A DNA stretch of 64,000 bases from Candidatus Bathyarchaeum tardum (GTDB lineage Archaea > Thermoproteota > Bathyarchaeia > Bathyarchaeales > Bathyarchaeaceae). The stretch is from the NCBI GenBank assembly GCA_024650005.2, contig CP122380.1, forward strand, positions 64,001-128,000, read 5' to 3'. Made by a program: the position numbers and the translations under genes. Shown one piece after another: positions 28,638 to 38,508 of this stretch (the first letter of the stretch is position 1; the number at the start of each line of letters is the position of its first letter). A model generated the notes under the pieces. That model was not told the DNA's origin. It saw nothing but the letters and a program-made list of their open reading frames with translations, and made no database searches.

Positions 28638-29012
28638 ATGTTCACATTAAATAAAAACCATGAAACCCTTAGCGAAATTTTGATGGATCAAAAACTTGCC
28701 AAACTAGGAGATGCATATGTGAATTTCCTTTATTCTTTGGCATTGTCAAAAAAAATCGGCGAAGCTACAGGAGTTAAAGTTAAAGGGAGATTACTTGCAG
28801 ACGCATTTAAAAAAGCAGATTTACGAAAGTTTTTACCCTCAAGAGTTGACTGCCATAAACAAGCAGATGCTGCCGAGGCATTAATTGTATATCCATGGAT
28901 ACAGGGTACAATGACAATGGAAGAAGGGTTAAAAATACTCGAACAAACAGAAGATGACGTAGATGCTTTCTGCAACCTTCTACTTATTGCTAAAACAAAA
29001 AGTAGAAAATAA
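28638..29012 (+). CDS. Archaeal ribonuclease III-like (Mini-III type) protein
   Basis: LAKLGDAYVNFLYSLA and ADAAEALI motifs; no dsRBD. Confidence 0.75.
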   Translation: MFTLNKNHETLSEILMDQKLAKLGDAYVNFLYSLALSKKIGEATGVKVKGRLLADAFKKADLRKFLPSRVDCHKQADAAEALIVYPWIQGTMTMEEGLKILEQTEDDVDAFCNLLLIAKTKSRK

Positions 29013-29018
29013 TAACTT

Positions 29019-29327
29019 TCAGTCAGCCTTGTAAGATTTAGATGCCTTCTTGAAGGCGGTATGAAAATCTTTGCTAAGGTCAAGGACTTTCTTTGTGGCT
29101 CCAAGTATAGCGTCTTCTGGCTTTAGTTTGTCTTTGGTGTGAACAAACAACACACCACTATCAATTAGCGGATGGGGCACATGATATCCTGCAACTTCAA
29201 TTTCAGAATCTTCCAAAAGAGTCTTTTGAAGTAAATTCAAAATGGAGTGTCCAGCACCTTCAATTTCAATTTTCAGTTCATTTTCTGAACTTTTTATAAC
29301 ATTAACTTTCATTTTGCTCAACCTCAC
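29019..29327 (-). CDS. rpoL: RNA polymerase subunit L (Rpo11)
   Basis: IEIEGAGHSILNLL...AGYHVPHPL. Confidence 0.93.
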   Translation of the reverse strand: MRLSKMKVNVIKSSENELKIEIEGAGHSILNLLQKTLLEDSEIEVAGYHVPHPLIDSGVLFVHTKDKLKPEDAILGATKKVLDLSKDFHTAFKKASKSYKAD

Positions 29328-29913
29328 GAGTAGTTGTTATTTCATCTTTTCCATAATCTGGAGCTAATTTTCTTCGTTCATTGTTTCCGCAACTAGAACA
29401 GTGCAATCCCCCACGATTTTCAGGCTTTAATGGATGACCACATATGGAACATAGGGCATAAAGTACTCCTAAATCATTGTTTGCAGTCGTTAAAAAGAAA
29501 GACCTATTTTCAGTGCTAATCACTTTTGCACGCAAAAGGTCACCAGCCTTACAGATATTAAACATGTTATCCACGTAGCCACGACTTACACCGGAAATGT
29601 GCAACATCCCTTTGAACTCGCCAGAAATTTTTTTGTCACCAACGTGAGAAATCGACAGAACAGCATTTTTGCTTTTTACGTCTGAAACCATCCCAACTAC
29701 AATATCTCCAACGCGGGGAAAAGTTGCTGATTTAACAAGAGGGAAGACTGAAACTTCTCGGTTTAACATGTCTAACAGTGTACGACCAGTAATTTTTGAG
29801 TGAATTACTCCGTCGTCTACATATGTTCCCGGTCCAGACGTAAACTCTTCTATGACGCCTAAACTGTCTCCGGGAACAACGAAGAGTCCACTTTTTCTTT
29901 CAGATTCTGTCAT
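29302..29913 (-). CDS. csl4: Exosome RNA-binding subunit Csl4
   Basis: VVPGDSLGVIEEF..GPGTY, S1 domain, LGV..A.CSICG...CSSCGNNERRK. Confidence 0.93.
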   Translation of the reverse strand: MTESERKSGLFVVPGDSLGVIEEFTSGPGTYVDDGVIHSKITGRTLLDMLNREVSVFPLVKSATFPRVGDIVVGMVSDVKSKNAVLSISHVGDKKISGEFKGMLHISGVSRGYVDNMFNICKAGDLLRAKVISTENRSFFLTTANNDLGVLYALCSICGHPLKPENRGGLHCSSCGNNERRKLAPDYGKDEITTTREVEQNES

Positions 29914-30557
29914 TAATTTTTTCCTTCTATTCGATACAAATCCACATGTGTAATTTGTTTTTCCTTAGTGTGAAACTTGAACATCCTAGGAATTTCCATT
30001 GTCATAGGAAATATGTTAGTTATTTTTCCGCCATGCTCCTCAATAAACCTTTTGATAAAGGCGCGGTTACTATCCCCACCTTTATGAAATGAATAAATTG
30101 TATGACCTAACTCTAACGATTTAACTATGAAACGCCTATCAGCGCGCCTTTTTTGAACACCAAAAGGAGGATTTTGCAAAACAGTATCAAAATTACCACA
30201 AACAACATCGATGTCCCCCACAACCCAATTTGTTTTTTCTTTAAAATTCATTAAATCAGCATTTTTTTGAGCAATTTTAACTGCAACAGAATCAATATCC
30301 ACTCCAAAAACTTCTTTAGCACCCAAGAAAACAGCCCCAATCGCTAACCGAGCAGTCCCACAACCTAATTCCATCACAGTTTTATCGAGGATATCATCAA
30401 AAACGTAGGCTGCCAAATGTAGAACATCTGCCGCAACAGTTGATGGCGTAGCATACTGTTCAAAGCAAGCTTTAGGTGCAGGATTAACTTCAATGGATGA
30501 AAGCGCCCGTTCTAGATCGCGTTTTCTAACCAACCGTTTTTGAGCAGGTCTTCCCAT
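29913..30557 (-). CDS. METTL5-like N6-adenine RNA methyltransferase
   Basis: EQYATP, ELGCGTARL, NPPFG motif IV. Confidence 0.9.
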   Translation of the reverse strand: MGRPAQKRLVRKRDLERALSSIEVNPAPKACFEQYATPSTVAADVLHLAAYVFDDILDKTVMELGCGTARLAIGAVFLGAKEVFGVDIDSVAVKIAQKNADLMNFKEKTNWVVGDIDVVCGNFDTVLQNPPFGVQKRRADRRFIVKSLELGHTIYSFHKGGDSNRAFIKRFIEEHGGKITNIFPMTMEIPRMFKFHTKEKQITHVDLYRIEGKN

Positions 30558-31531
30558 TTCAGCTCCCCTAACAAGACACGTGTTTCATTAATTGACAAAA
30601 TAGGTTTATCAAAATTGGGTGCGTCATCCAAAGCGAGTCTTGGACAAGCAGTATTCACGAAGGCATCTATAGTTGGAAATTGCATAAGCGCTGGCGGTGA
30701 AATTTCTTTTAGGGCAAACAAAGTAGTAGAAAATCCATTTTTTTCAAGTTTCTCTTTGATGGTTTGTGCGTTTTTAAACTTCATCTGTCCAGGTTTTAGG
30801 CTCACTAATATTCCAAAATGTTTTGCAGTTTTAGCTTCAGATATGTTAGCCCAGCGTTGCATCACAATACGTCTGGTTTGATCCTGAATAGGATATGCTA
30901 TTTGTTCATATGGATCTGCAATTATTGTAGGTTTTCCAGTCGTTAAGGCTACCCCTATTGCATGAAAGCGACCGCCACCAACATAAACGTACGCTTCAAC
31001 ATTTTCTAAAACAGCTAATGCATTACTGAAATCGCAGCCCAGAACTTGTCCAGGATACTTGAGATGCCCAGCGTTGCCGACAAAAACAGTTTTTTCTGCA
31101 GCTTCCAACTGATTTTTTACTTCATCCAACTGGTGAATATGCTGAACAGTTGTGATTAAACCAATTTTATTCCAACATTTAAGAAGAGACAAAGCTTTTG
31201 CTATCACTTCGCTTATCCCGATTTTAATTGGGGCTTCAAAATAAACTGTTGGAATTTTAGAATTTTGGATCATTGAAGTGTGTCCATAATGTATGATCAA
31301 ATCGGCACCCAAAAGTTCAGCTTCAGAAACAGCTAAGTCACAAGCTCCATAACAGGGATCCGATGAAACAATAGGTAATACTCCAAAGTCTTGAACAATT
31401 TTAGCTAGACGGGGGGCTTCTGGTTTTAGTCCTTCAGGAAGCTGCAATAACACAATTTTTGGAGCTCGTTTTGTAAGCTCTTCTTTGAGTTGGTTTTCTT
31501 CAAAATCAAAGGACATTTTTTCACCTAACAT
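30512..31531 (-). CDS. dph2: Diphthamide biosynthesis enzyme Dph2
   Basis: LQLPEGLK, CYGACDL, GQVLGC, NTACPR. Confidence 0.95.
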   Translation of the reverse strand: MLGEKMSFDFEENQLKEELTKRAPKIVLLQLPEGLKPEAPRLAKIVQDFGVLPIVSSDPCYGACDLAVSEAELLGADLIIHYGHTSMIQNSKIPTVYFEAPIKIGISEVIAKALSLLKCWNKIGLITTVQHIHQLDEVKNQLEAAEKTVFVGNAGHLKYPGQVLGCDFSNALAVLENVEAYVYVGGGRFHAIGVALTTGKPTIIADPYEQIAYPIQDQTRRIVMQRWANISEAKTAKHFGILVSLKPGQMKFKNAQTIKEKLEKNGFSTTLFALKEISPPALMQFPTIDAFVNTACPRLALDDAPNFDKPILSINETRVLLGELKWEDLLKNGWLENAI

Positions 31532-31632
31532 TTGAAAGTTAGAAATCAGAAAGAAAATGCTTCAGTAAAGAAGCAAAATCATCTATTACTGTTACTTAAA
31601 AGCAACAATCAGGTTATTTAATGTTCAGACAA

Positions 31633-34230
31633 TCATGCAAATTTTTTGATCAGATATTTTGCATTAGTTTCAGTTATTCCCAATTCTTTGGCGATTTTTA
31701 TTGAATCTTTATTGTTTTTCTTGATAATATCGATTAGTTCAATTTCTATGTCTTTGACTGAAAGCAAAGTTTCAACAACTTTGTCAGGGTTAACACCAAT
31801 AGAATCTAAATGCATAGTTAAGAACTTAAGAAAACCTTTTCCGAGGTCACTTGGTGCTTGACCACATATTCCAACAGGTCGTACAGGATTCATCGAATGG
31901 GCTCCTTCACACAACATTTCGATGGCTTTTGTTACTGCAGGATTAGATTCGTCAAATTCCCAGGCAATTTTTTCACTATCACGATCAATTCCAAGAGTTA
32001 GTTGAGTTAAGTCGTTACTACCAATACTGAAACCGTTACAGTATTGAGAGAATGCTTTTGGAATAAAGCAAACACTAGGAACCTCTGCCATGAAAATTAT
32101 ATCAGGCAAATCTAAACCTTTTTTGCGGAAAGCAGTTTTAATCATTGAAGTTACTTTTTCTGCTTCAGTTGTTGTTCGGACAAAAGGAACCATTGGCACA
32201 GCAGTTGTCAAACCTAACTTATGAACTTCGGTGAAAGCCTCAAGTTCTAACGCATACGCGTCACAGAAAAATTTGTCAATGTATCGGGAGGCGCCTCTAA
32301 AGCCAATCATTGGATTGCTTTCTTCGAATTCAAGTTCAATTTTGTTAATTTCAATCGCTTTGGAACCACACATAGGACAAATTTGTTGCGGACCCAAGGA
32401 AATGCTATTTCCACACTTGCAGCTTATGTCATAATAGACTGCTCCTGGAAGGGAAGCATATTCGTTTGTTTTGAAATCAGAGAACCGAATAATGACTTTG
32501 CGAGGCTTAAAGGCTCCAGCAATTATCGATATGCCAGCCTTCAATCGGGTAACATACTCTTCAACGAGAGAATTTACCATAGGATATTTTTCTTTAATAT
32601 CTTCAGCCCAACGGTCTGGCCCAAGATTGTCTGCGCGTAGAGCAAATACTGGATGTAATTCTGCATTGGAAACTACGAATTCAATTCGTACAAGAGAACT
32701 TCCCTGAGAAGGTAATTGACTCACATGGAGTGCTTCATCTGGGCTGGCAATGTTTACCATTACTTTTGTTACGGTTTCAGGAATTTCTTTTAGTTCAATT
32801 TCTTGCACTTCAAAAGGTATTTCCCCAGCAAAGATTTGGGCTTCACTTGAGGTACAATCCAGAGTTATTTTTTCGCCATCATCCAAATTAAGAGCGCCAA
32901 CAGCACCAACAGCGCAAGGTATTCCACGTTCACGAGAAACTATTGCTGCGTGAGAGGTACGGTTTCCTCTTTCACAAATTAGGGCAGAAACTTTATCGAG
33001 ACTCATGATAACTTCCCAGTCAGGAGTAGTCATGGAAGTAACAAGCATTGGTCGTATTCCTTTCTTGTTAAATTCTGCAACTTCTATTACAGCTTCTTCA
33101 GTAGTTACTGCTTTGGCAACGATGCCTGACGCAATTTTTGTCCCAACAGGAATACCAACGTAAAGGGGTTTAACTTTTGGTCTTTCTTTAAGCTTGAAAA
33201 GAGTCAGTACAGTTCGGGTTGCATGAACTGTTTCTGGTCGAGCCTGTGTAATGAATACTTTCCCGTTTTCGACTGCATACTCGATGTCCATAGGTTTTCC
33301 GTAACTTTTTTCGATACAGGTGACATGATTCGCAACCTGAATCGCTTCATCGGGCGTAATTACTTTAGGATCAATCTTGCCCACAGGAATTTCGACATTT
33401 GTTTTGGTTTTTGGATCATAAACCATTTTTTCTTTTTGAAGACTTTTGGGAGGAATTGTTCCAAGAAGTTTGACTTCAGGATCTTTGATAAATCCAGTCC
33501 AAGATGCACTTTCTTTTCCTTGGACTATCATTTCACCCAGACCATAAACTGCTTGAATTACACCAACATTACGATTTCCAGTGTTAGGATCTATAGAGAA
33601 AGCAACACCAGACTTTTCCGAGTCAATCATAGTTTGAATAACTACAGAAATCAAACCCTGATTAAGCAAATCAACTTCCGACAAGTCCAGAATTTTTTTC
33701 TTACGCAAATCTTGTCGATAATCAATAACTCTCCAACCAAAAGCAGATGCAATACATTTCAAAACGTTCTTTATTACACTTGAAGATTCCAATTGAACAT
33801 TAAGATAAGTATCAAACTGTCCAGCAAAAGCGGCAGTAGCCATATCTTCAGTTATACCTGAACTTCGAACAGCAACACGAGCACGTCCGACACGTTTCTT
33901 TAGTTCACAGATTTTTTTGTCTAATAACTCAAGCAGTTTGGGTTGTGTTTTTATGTTTTCAATGACTGTAATAATTTTTTCTGCAATCTTCTTGGATTCA
34001 ACTTCATTATCGGCCTTCAAAGCAGCATCTAATTCTGTAACTAAATCAAAAATTTCGGGATCATGTAGTAACAACTTTGCAAATTCAGTAGTAACCATTA
34101 TGGCATACGGAACATTACCTTCCCCTAAAATATGGAAAAGTTTAGCTAAATTTGATCCTTTGCCGCCCGTAAGGCTACCATCGGTGGCAACTTCTTCTTC
34201 AATATTAACAATTAAATTTTCAGAAACCAC
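31633..34230 (-). CDS. ppsA: Phosphoenolpyruvate synthase (pyruvate, water dikinase)
   Basis: GGKGSNL, AVRSSG..ED...AFAGQ, TSHAAIVSRE phospho-His, ESNPMIGFRG, SIGSNDLTQ. Confidence 0.93.
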   Translation of the reverse strand: MVSENLIVNIEEEVATDGSLTGGKGSNLAKLFHILGEGNVPYAIMVTTEFAKLLLHDPEIFDLVTELDAALKADNEVESKKIAEKIITVIENIKTQPKLLELLDKKICELKKRVGRARVAVRSSGITEDMATAAFAGQFDTYLNVQLESSSVIKNVLKCIASAFGWRVIDYRQDLRKKKILDLSEVDLLNQGLISVVIQTMIDSEKSGVAFSIDPNTGNRNVGVIQAVYGLGEMIVQGKESASWTGFIKDPEVKLLGTIPPKSLQKEKMVYDPKTKTNVEIPVGKIDPKVITPDEAIQVANHVTCIEKSYGKPMDIEYAVENGKVFITQARPETVHATRTVLTLFKLKERPKVKPLYVGIPVGTKIASGIVAKAVTTEEAVIEVAEFNKKGIRPMLVTSMTTPDWEVIMSLDKVSALICERGNRTSHAAIVSRERGIPCAVGAVGALNLDDGEKITLDCTSSEAQIFAGEIPFEVQEIELKEIPETVTKVMVNIASPDEALHVSQLPSQGSSLVRIEFVVSNAELHPVFALRADNLGPDRWAEDIKEKYPMVNSLVEEYVTRLKAGISIIAGAFKPRKVIIRFSDFKTNEYASLPGAVYYDISCKCGNSISLGPQQICPMCGSKAIEINKIELEFEESNPMIGFRGASRYIDKFFCDAYALELEAFTEVHKLGLTTAVPMVPFVRTTTEAEKVTSMIKTAFRKKGLDLPDIIFMAEVPSVCFIPKAFSQYCNGFSIGSNDLTQLTLGIDRDSEKIAWEFDESNPAVTKAIEMLCEGAHSMNPVRPVGICGQAPSDLGKGFLKFLTMHLDSIGVNPDKVVETLLSVKDIEIELIDIIKKNNKDSIKIAKELGITETNAKYLIKKFA

Positions 34231-34339
34231 ATTAACACCTCATTTTAACTAAATGTAGTAAAATTTAACAATACAAGGAGTGAAAAATTAGTGCATGTCT
34301 TGCCCTTGTGGGTAGACCTCTGCAACCATACTCCCTCAA

Positions 34340-34837
34340 TTATGCCTCAAGTTTCTTGACAACTACACGACAGGGTGTAGGTAGTTTGGCGCCTCCACGT
34401 TTCAGCGCCGTTGTAGCAGCTTGGAGTCCTTCGTCGTTGACGTCAGCGATTATTAATTTTTGACCTGGTTTTACTCGTGCAGCAAGACTTATGGCTTTGC
34501 CAAAAGCGTTTCGCATTCCATCTTGAAGTCGGTCAGCGTGAGCCCCGAAAATCATTTTGTTTTCGCGAAGCACAATATGGGGGTAAGGCAAAATTTTCAG
34601 GTGATAATTGTTTCCCAGTTTTTCTGAGAGAACCCTGTTAGATGCTATGCGTGCAGATTCCAAGGCATTGTGCCTAATTTGAACTGATTTTTCAGCAATT
34701 AATTGGACTTGATATTTGTAAGTACCTGAGGGATTGCCCATAGTAAATTTGACAATTTTTGACATAGGGGAACCACGGATATACTTTTTCCGGGTATAGG
34801 CTTGCCCCTTTACTTCACGATAGTTATGAGCCTTCAT
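34340..34837 (-). CDS. rpl10e: 50S ribosomal protein L10e (uL16)
   Basis: YTRKKYIRG, QIRHNALESAR, LRENKM..GAHADRLQDGMRNAFGK. Confidence 0.96.
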   Translation of the reverse strand: MKAHNYREVKGQAYTRKKYIRGSPMSKIVKFTMGNPSGTYKYQVQLIAEKSVQIRHNALESARIASNRVLSEKLGNNYHLKILPYPHIVLRENKMIFGAHADRLQDGMRNAFGKAISLAARVKPGQKLIIADVNDEGLQAATTALKRGGAKLPTPCRVVVKKLEA

Positions 34838-35024
34838 TGTTTATTCCTCATCTGCTCTGACATCATAGTTTAACAGATATTATAAAAACTATTCTGTATA
34901 GCAAATAGTCATTTACAAAAAAAACCAAAAAACAACATTGTCAACAAAATTTTTGTATGAAATTCACCATCAAAAATATGGGTCTAACAAAAACAAGCAC
35001 ACAAGGGATAGCATCACAGAAAAA

Positions 35025-35861
35025 TTAGCTTTTGAATTTCTGAAAGATTTCATTTGCCATCGACCCGAAGTCTTCTGGAGCCAATTCACGTACTCTTTTT
35101 TTGCTATAAAACAAAGAGTCGGCAAAAATAACAGCTTGGTCTTTAGGCAGTTTATGCTGATGTAAGAAAGGAAGGACAGCATTTCTAACTTTTTTGTTTC
35201 GCTGAGTGAAAAGAATCCTAACAAGGTCAAAAAATAACGCCTCATCTTCAACAGGAAAAGGTGGACTTCTGGGTCTTAGACACAAGATCATTGAATCAAC
35301 ATCTGGTGAAGGATAAAACATTGTTCGTGGAACAAGTTCTAAGAGTTCAACCTCTGCTCGGTAGTGGATAGTAACTGTTAGGCGTCCATAATCTTTGGAG
35401 CCTACTGGAGCAGCTAATCTTTCTGCAAATTCTTTTTGTAAAATCAAAAATGCGGAATCAAACTTATTTTCAAGAAGACGAAATAGAAGCGGTGACGAGA
35501 TAGAATATGGAGGGGCGGCTACAACTTTGTTAAATCGTGGAAGAGAAACTTTTAGAATGTCACCTTCAATTAATTCAACATTTTCCAAATCTTGAAGATA
35601 ATCTTTCAAAAACTTTACGAGTAAGGGGTCAAATTCCACAGCAATAACTTTCTTGCAGATTGTAACAAGAAGTTCCGTTAAAAACCCAAATCCAGCCCCA
35701 ACTTCTAAAACTATATCATTTTTTTTTAAACAAGAATGAAATATTAAGCGGTGCAACACATCTGAATTAACTGTAAAATTTTGACCTAAACGTTTTTTTG
35801 GATAAAAATTGTAAAGGTGAAAAAAATGTTTCACCCGTTTAAGAAGATTGGGGCTATCCAC
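35025..35861 (-). CDS. rsmA: 16S rRNA dimethyladenosine transferase KsgA/Dim1
   Basis: KRLGQNF, VLEVGAGFG, PYSISSP, QKEFAERL, FYPSPDVDS. Confidence 0.93.
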   Translation of the reverse strand: MDSPNLLKRVKHFFHLYNFYPKKRLGQNFTVNSDVLHRLIFHSCLKKNDIVLEVGAGFGFLTELLVTICKKVIAVEFDPLLVKFLKDYLQDLENVELIEGDILKVSLPRFNKVVAAPPYSISSPLLFRLLENKFDSAFLILQKEFAERLAAPVGSKDYGRLTVTIHYRAEVELLELVPRTMFYPSPDVDSMILCLRPRSPPFPVEDEALFFDLVRILFTQRNKKVRNAVLPFLHQHKLPKDQAVIFADSLFYSKKRVRELAPEDFGSMANEIFQKFKS

Positions 35862-36424
35862 TAGGGTGCTCTCGTAAATAATCTGTACTTACTATCTCCA
35901 GCCAGTTCCTCCAATATCCTTCTTGTGATAAGCTTAGAGGGATTAGGCATGTTAGCACGTTCTTGTAAATCTTCTAAGTTTTGGAAAGGTTTTCGATCCC
36001 GTTCATCAAGGATTTGCCACATGTACTTTTTTCCTATACCAGGAATTAGTTCCAAAGCATGCATTCGAGGAGTAATTGCTTGAGCAGTGTTAAAGAAGTC
36101 AATAAACCACTTTTCCCGGTTAAGTACTATTTTTTCTATAGTTCCAGAAAGTTCCATTCTAGAATTTGAAGTCAAATCTTCATAGGGTATTCGACCAATG
36201 ATATAGGTAATTTCACTTCGAGAATCTTTTCCAACGTAGACTCTGTCAGCTGCTTTAAGGGGAACTCCTTTGCGAGCAATTGCTTCAAGAAAAGTAAAAT
36301 ATTCTTCACCAACCACCTGAACTAATGCCCCAGCACGGTACCCCGGATGAGTCCCGGGTCTTCCATGCGGAAGATAATCCAAAACATAGGCGTACTCTTC
36401 GTATCTCTTTTCACTCTTTTCCAC
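35861..36424 (-). CDS. DUF655 putative RNA-binding protein
   Basis: EEYAYVLDYLP.G, FFNTAQAITPRMHALELIPGIGKK; conserved rpoF-DUF655-ksgA order. Confidence 0.92.
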   Translation of the reverse strand: MEKSEKRYEEYAYVLDYLPHGRPGTHPGYRAGALVQVVGEEYFTFLEAIARKGVPLKAADRVYVGKDSRSEITYIIGRIPYEDLTSNSRMELSGTIEKIVLNREKWFIDFFNTAQAITPRMHALELIPGIGKKYMWQILDERDRKPFQNLEDLQERANMPNPSKLITRRILEELAGDSKYRLFTRAP

Positions 36425-36486
36425 GCTTTACCCCTTCCCGAAATGGTTACAATTGGTTTTAGATATTATATAATATAGAAAGTCCT

Positions 36487-36825
36487 TTATTCGTCTTTTC
36501 TATATTCGTTCAAAAAATCCAGTATTTTTTCTAGTTTAGAGGACTCAATAATCTTACGACCACCAGCCAAAAATACTCTAATTTCTTGGACACTTTCGGG
36601 CATAGCATTAACTATCTGGACTGCACCGTCCGCATCTAATTCAAATTCTTCGACCAGTTTGGTAACAAGAATGTCAACGTTTGAAGGCTCAACTTTGCTG
36701 AATTTAGTTGCATAATCAAGAGAACGCCTTTGGAACTGGTCCAGTCGTTCTTCACCGATGGATTCTAATGCTTCCTTTACTTGTGGAACAGTAACTGTCT
36801 GTTCCTTGAGAGCCTTTCGTACCAT
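36487..36825 (-). CDS. rpoF: RNA polymerase subunit F (Rpo4)
   Basis: QRRSLDYATKFSK...QIVNAMPESVQEIR; synteny with rpl21e. Confidence 0.92.
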   Translation of the reverse strand: MVRKALKEQTVTVPQVKEALESIGEERLDQFQRRSLDYATKFSKVEPSNVDILVTKLVEEFELDADGAVQIVNAMPESVQEIRVFLAGGRKIIESSKLEKILDFLNEYRKDE

Positions 36826-36827
36826 TG

Positions 36828-37127
36828 TTATGCCCCCTTATGAGGCGTAATGTGTTCTGGCCTAACAGTAATTTCTTTAATTGCTTTTCCTTGAGAGACG
36901 TTAATTACGTAGGCTCTTCCACGTTTTTCAGCAATAACACCGATTCGACCATGGAATCTTCTGTGCGGCATACCCTTATGTACACTAGGGTCTAATTTGA
37001 TTACAACTTTTTCAGTAGGTTCGTATTCACGTAGTACCTTACTGAGTCCTGTTTTTCCCCGGTCTCTAGGCTTTCTCTTCAAGAGGTAACGGGTTCTCCT
37101 TCGGTAACCTTTCGCTTTTCTTCCCAA
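36828..37127 (-). CDS. rpl21e: 50S ribosomal protein L21e
   Basis: KGYRRRTR...DPSVHKGMPHRRFHGRIG...RPEH. Confidence 0.96.
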   Translation of the reverse strand: MGRKAKGYRRRTRYLLKRKPRDRGKTGLSKVLREYEPTEKVVIKLDPSVHKGMPHRRFHGRIGVIAEKRGRAYVINVSQGKAIKEITVRPEHITPHKGA

Positions 37128-38456
37128 CTATGATTCCTCCATAATAACATTCAAAACGTCTAAGTCAACAGGCTTGGCTTGTGCATTGATAATAGAGGCT
37201 ACGCTAGGGACGGTTCGCCCTTCATCGCCACTTACCAACTCTTTAATATAAAGCCCTCCTTGGCAACGTATTTTCATCTCTGCGCGGTTAGGCGCCAACC
37301 TCTTTAGATACGCCTCATATATGTACTTTTCCCGAACTAGGTCTGCTCTTCGATGCAAAACACGTAACGGAGTTCGCTGTTGAACAACAGATTTTGACAA
37401 TTTTTCAGTTACAGACAACAATTCTTCGTCAGAAACATCACGGTCAAAATCAATAAAAACTTTGTAAACTTTTGTTGAACCTTCACCTTTCTTTAAGCGT
37501 TTAATATCTGCTTTAGTTGCAGAAACAAGGTTCAAAATTTCAACTTTTCCTTCCCCGTGTTCGTTGATTATTTTTTCCAGTTCTTTTAGATTAATGAACC
37601 GTTTTTGTGGACGTTTAATTTCCATGATAAAAGGTCGCCCCATTCCAAGCATTCGGGCATCTACATCTTCTCGTCCAGCTGCATGAAAAGCTACGGCATC
37701 GCCTTCAGTTTTTTTTAAAAGAGGTGCCGCAATTATTTCTTCAACAGATTCGGAGTACATTTTTCCGGTTCCCTTACAGTTTTTGCAGCCTTCGCCGTGG
37801 CATTGTCGACAGAACCATTTAGATTGCGGAATATCTCGGACAAGTTTTTTGTATGATCCTTTAACATACAGGGGATTTGATTGTATGATAACTTCTCCGG
37901 TGAAAGGTCTTACGAGAACTACAACATCAGGTTTTTTGAATTCTGCAAGTTTTTGTGTGACTTTTGAAAGTTTTTTGCCAATGTGGCGACTGAATTCATT
38001 TCGCATACTTTCGCCATAAGCCACATCATGTAGCGCTTTGAACTCGTCTTCTCTTTCTTCAATTATGTTTGGCAATTCGACACCAACAAGAAAGGTATTG
38101 TATTCGTAAGCTTTGAGGGCTTCCAAAGCGTTTTCAACTAGAATATTGCTACTTTCAAACAAGCCTTGGCAAAGATAACATGGTTCCTTTTTTTTGGCTC
38201 GTTTTCTCATTTTTTTCAATAATTCAGCAGCCATCTCAAAAGATCCACGAGAAACCAAAAGTCTAAGAGTTGAAAATCCTTCTTTTTTGCCAGCAAGAGC
38301 TAACTGGTGATTTTTCATGGTTAACATAAGTTTTAGGGCTTCTCCTCGTTCGCTGTCGTCTAAACCATAACCAAGAAGGGCAAATTGTCTGCCTAAACAG
38401 TGGTCACACAAAGGTTGTGCTTCCAGAAGGCGCTGGGCTTTTTCAAGTAATTCCAC
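37128..38456 (-). CDS. pus10: tRNA pseudouridine(54/55) synthase Pus10
   Basis: LCDHCLGRQF, FHAAGREDVDARMLG, QRTP.RV.HRRAD, GGLYIKEL. Confidence 0.95.
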   Translation of the reverse strand: MELLEKAQRLLEAQPLCDHCLGRQFALLGYGLDDSERGEALKLMLTMKNHQLALAGKKEGFSTLRLLVSRGSFEMAAELLKKMRKRAKKKEPCYLCQGLFESSNILVENALEALKAYEYNTFLVGVELPNIIEEREDEFKALHDVAYGESMRNEFSRHIGKKLSKVTQKLAEFKKPDVVVLVRPFTGEVIIQSNPLYVKGSYKKLVRDIPQSKWFCRQCHGEGCKNCKGTGKMYSESVEEIIAAPLLKKTEGDAVAFHAAGREDVDARMLGMGRPFIMEIKRPQKRFINLKELEKIINEHGEGKVEILNLVSATKADIKRLKKGEGSTKVYKVFIDFDRDVSDEELLSVTEKLSKSVVQQRTPLRVLHRRADLVREKYIYEAYLKRLAPNRAEMKIRCQGGLYIKELVSGDEGRTVPSVASIINAQAKPVDLDVLNVIMEES

Positions 38457-38508
38457 GAATATTCCTCAATTTTATGTAAATAATCAAATTATGTACGCAG
38501 ATTCTGTT

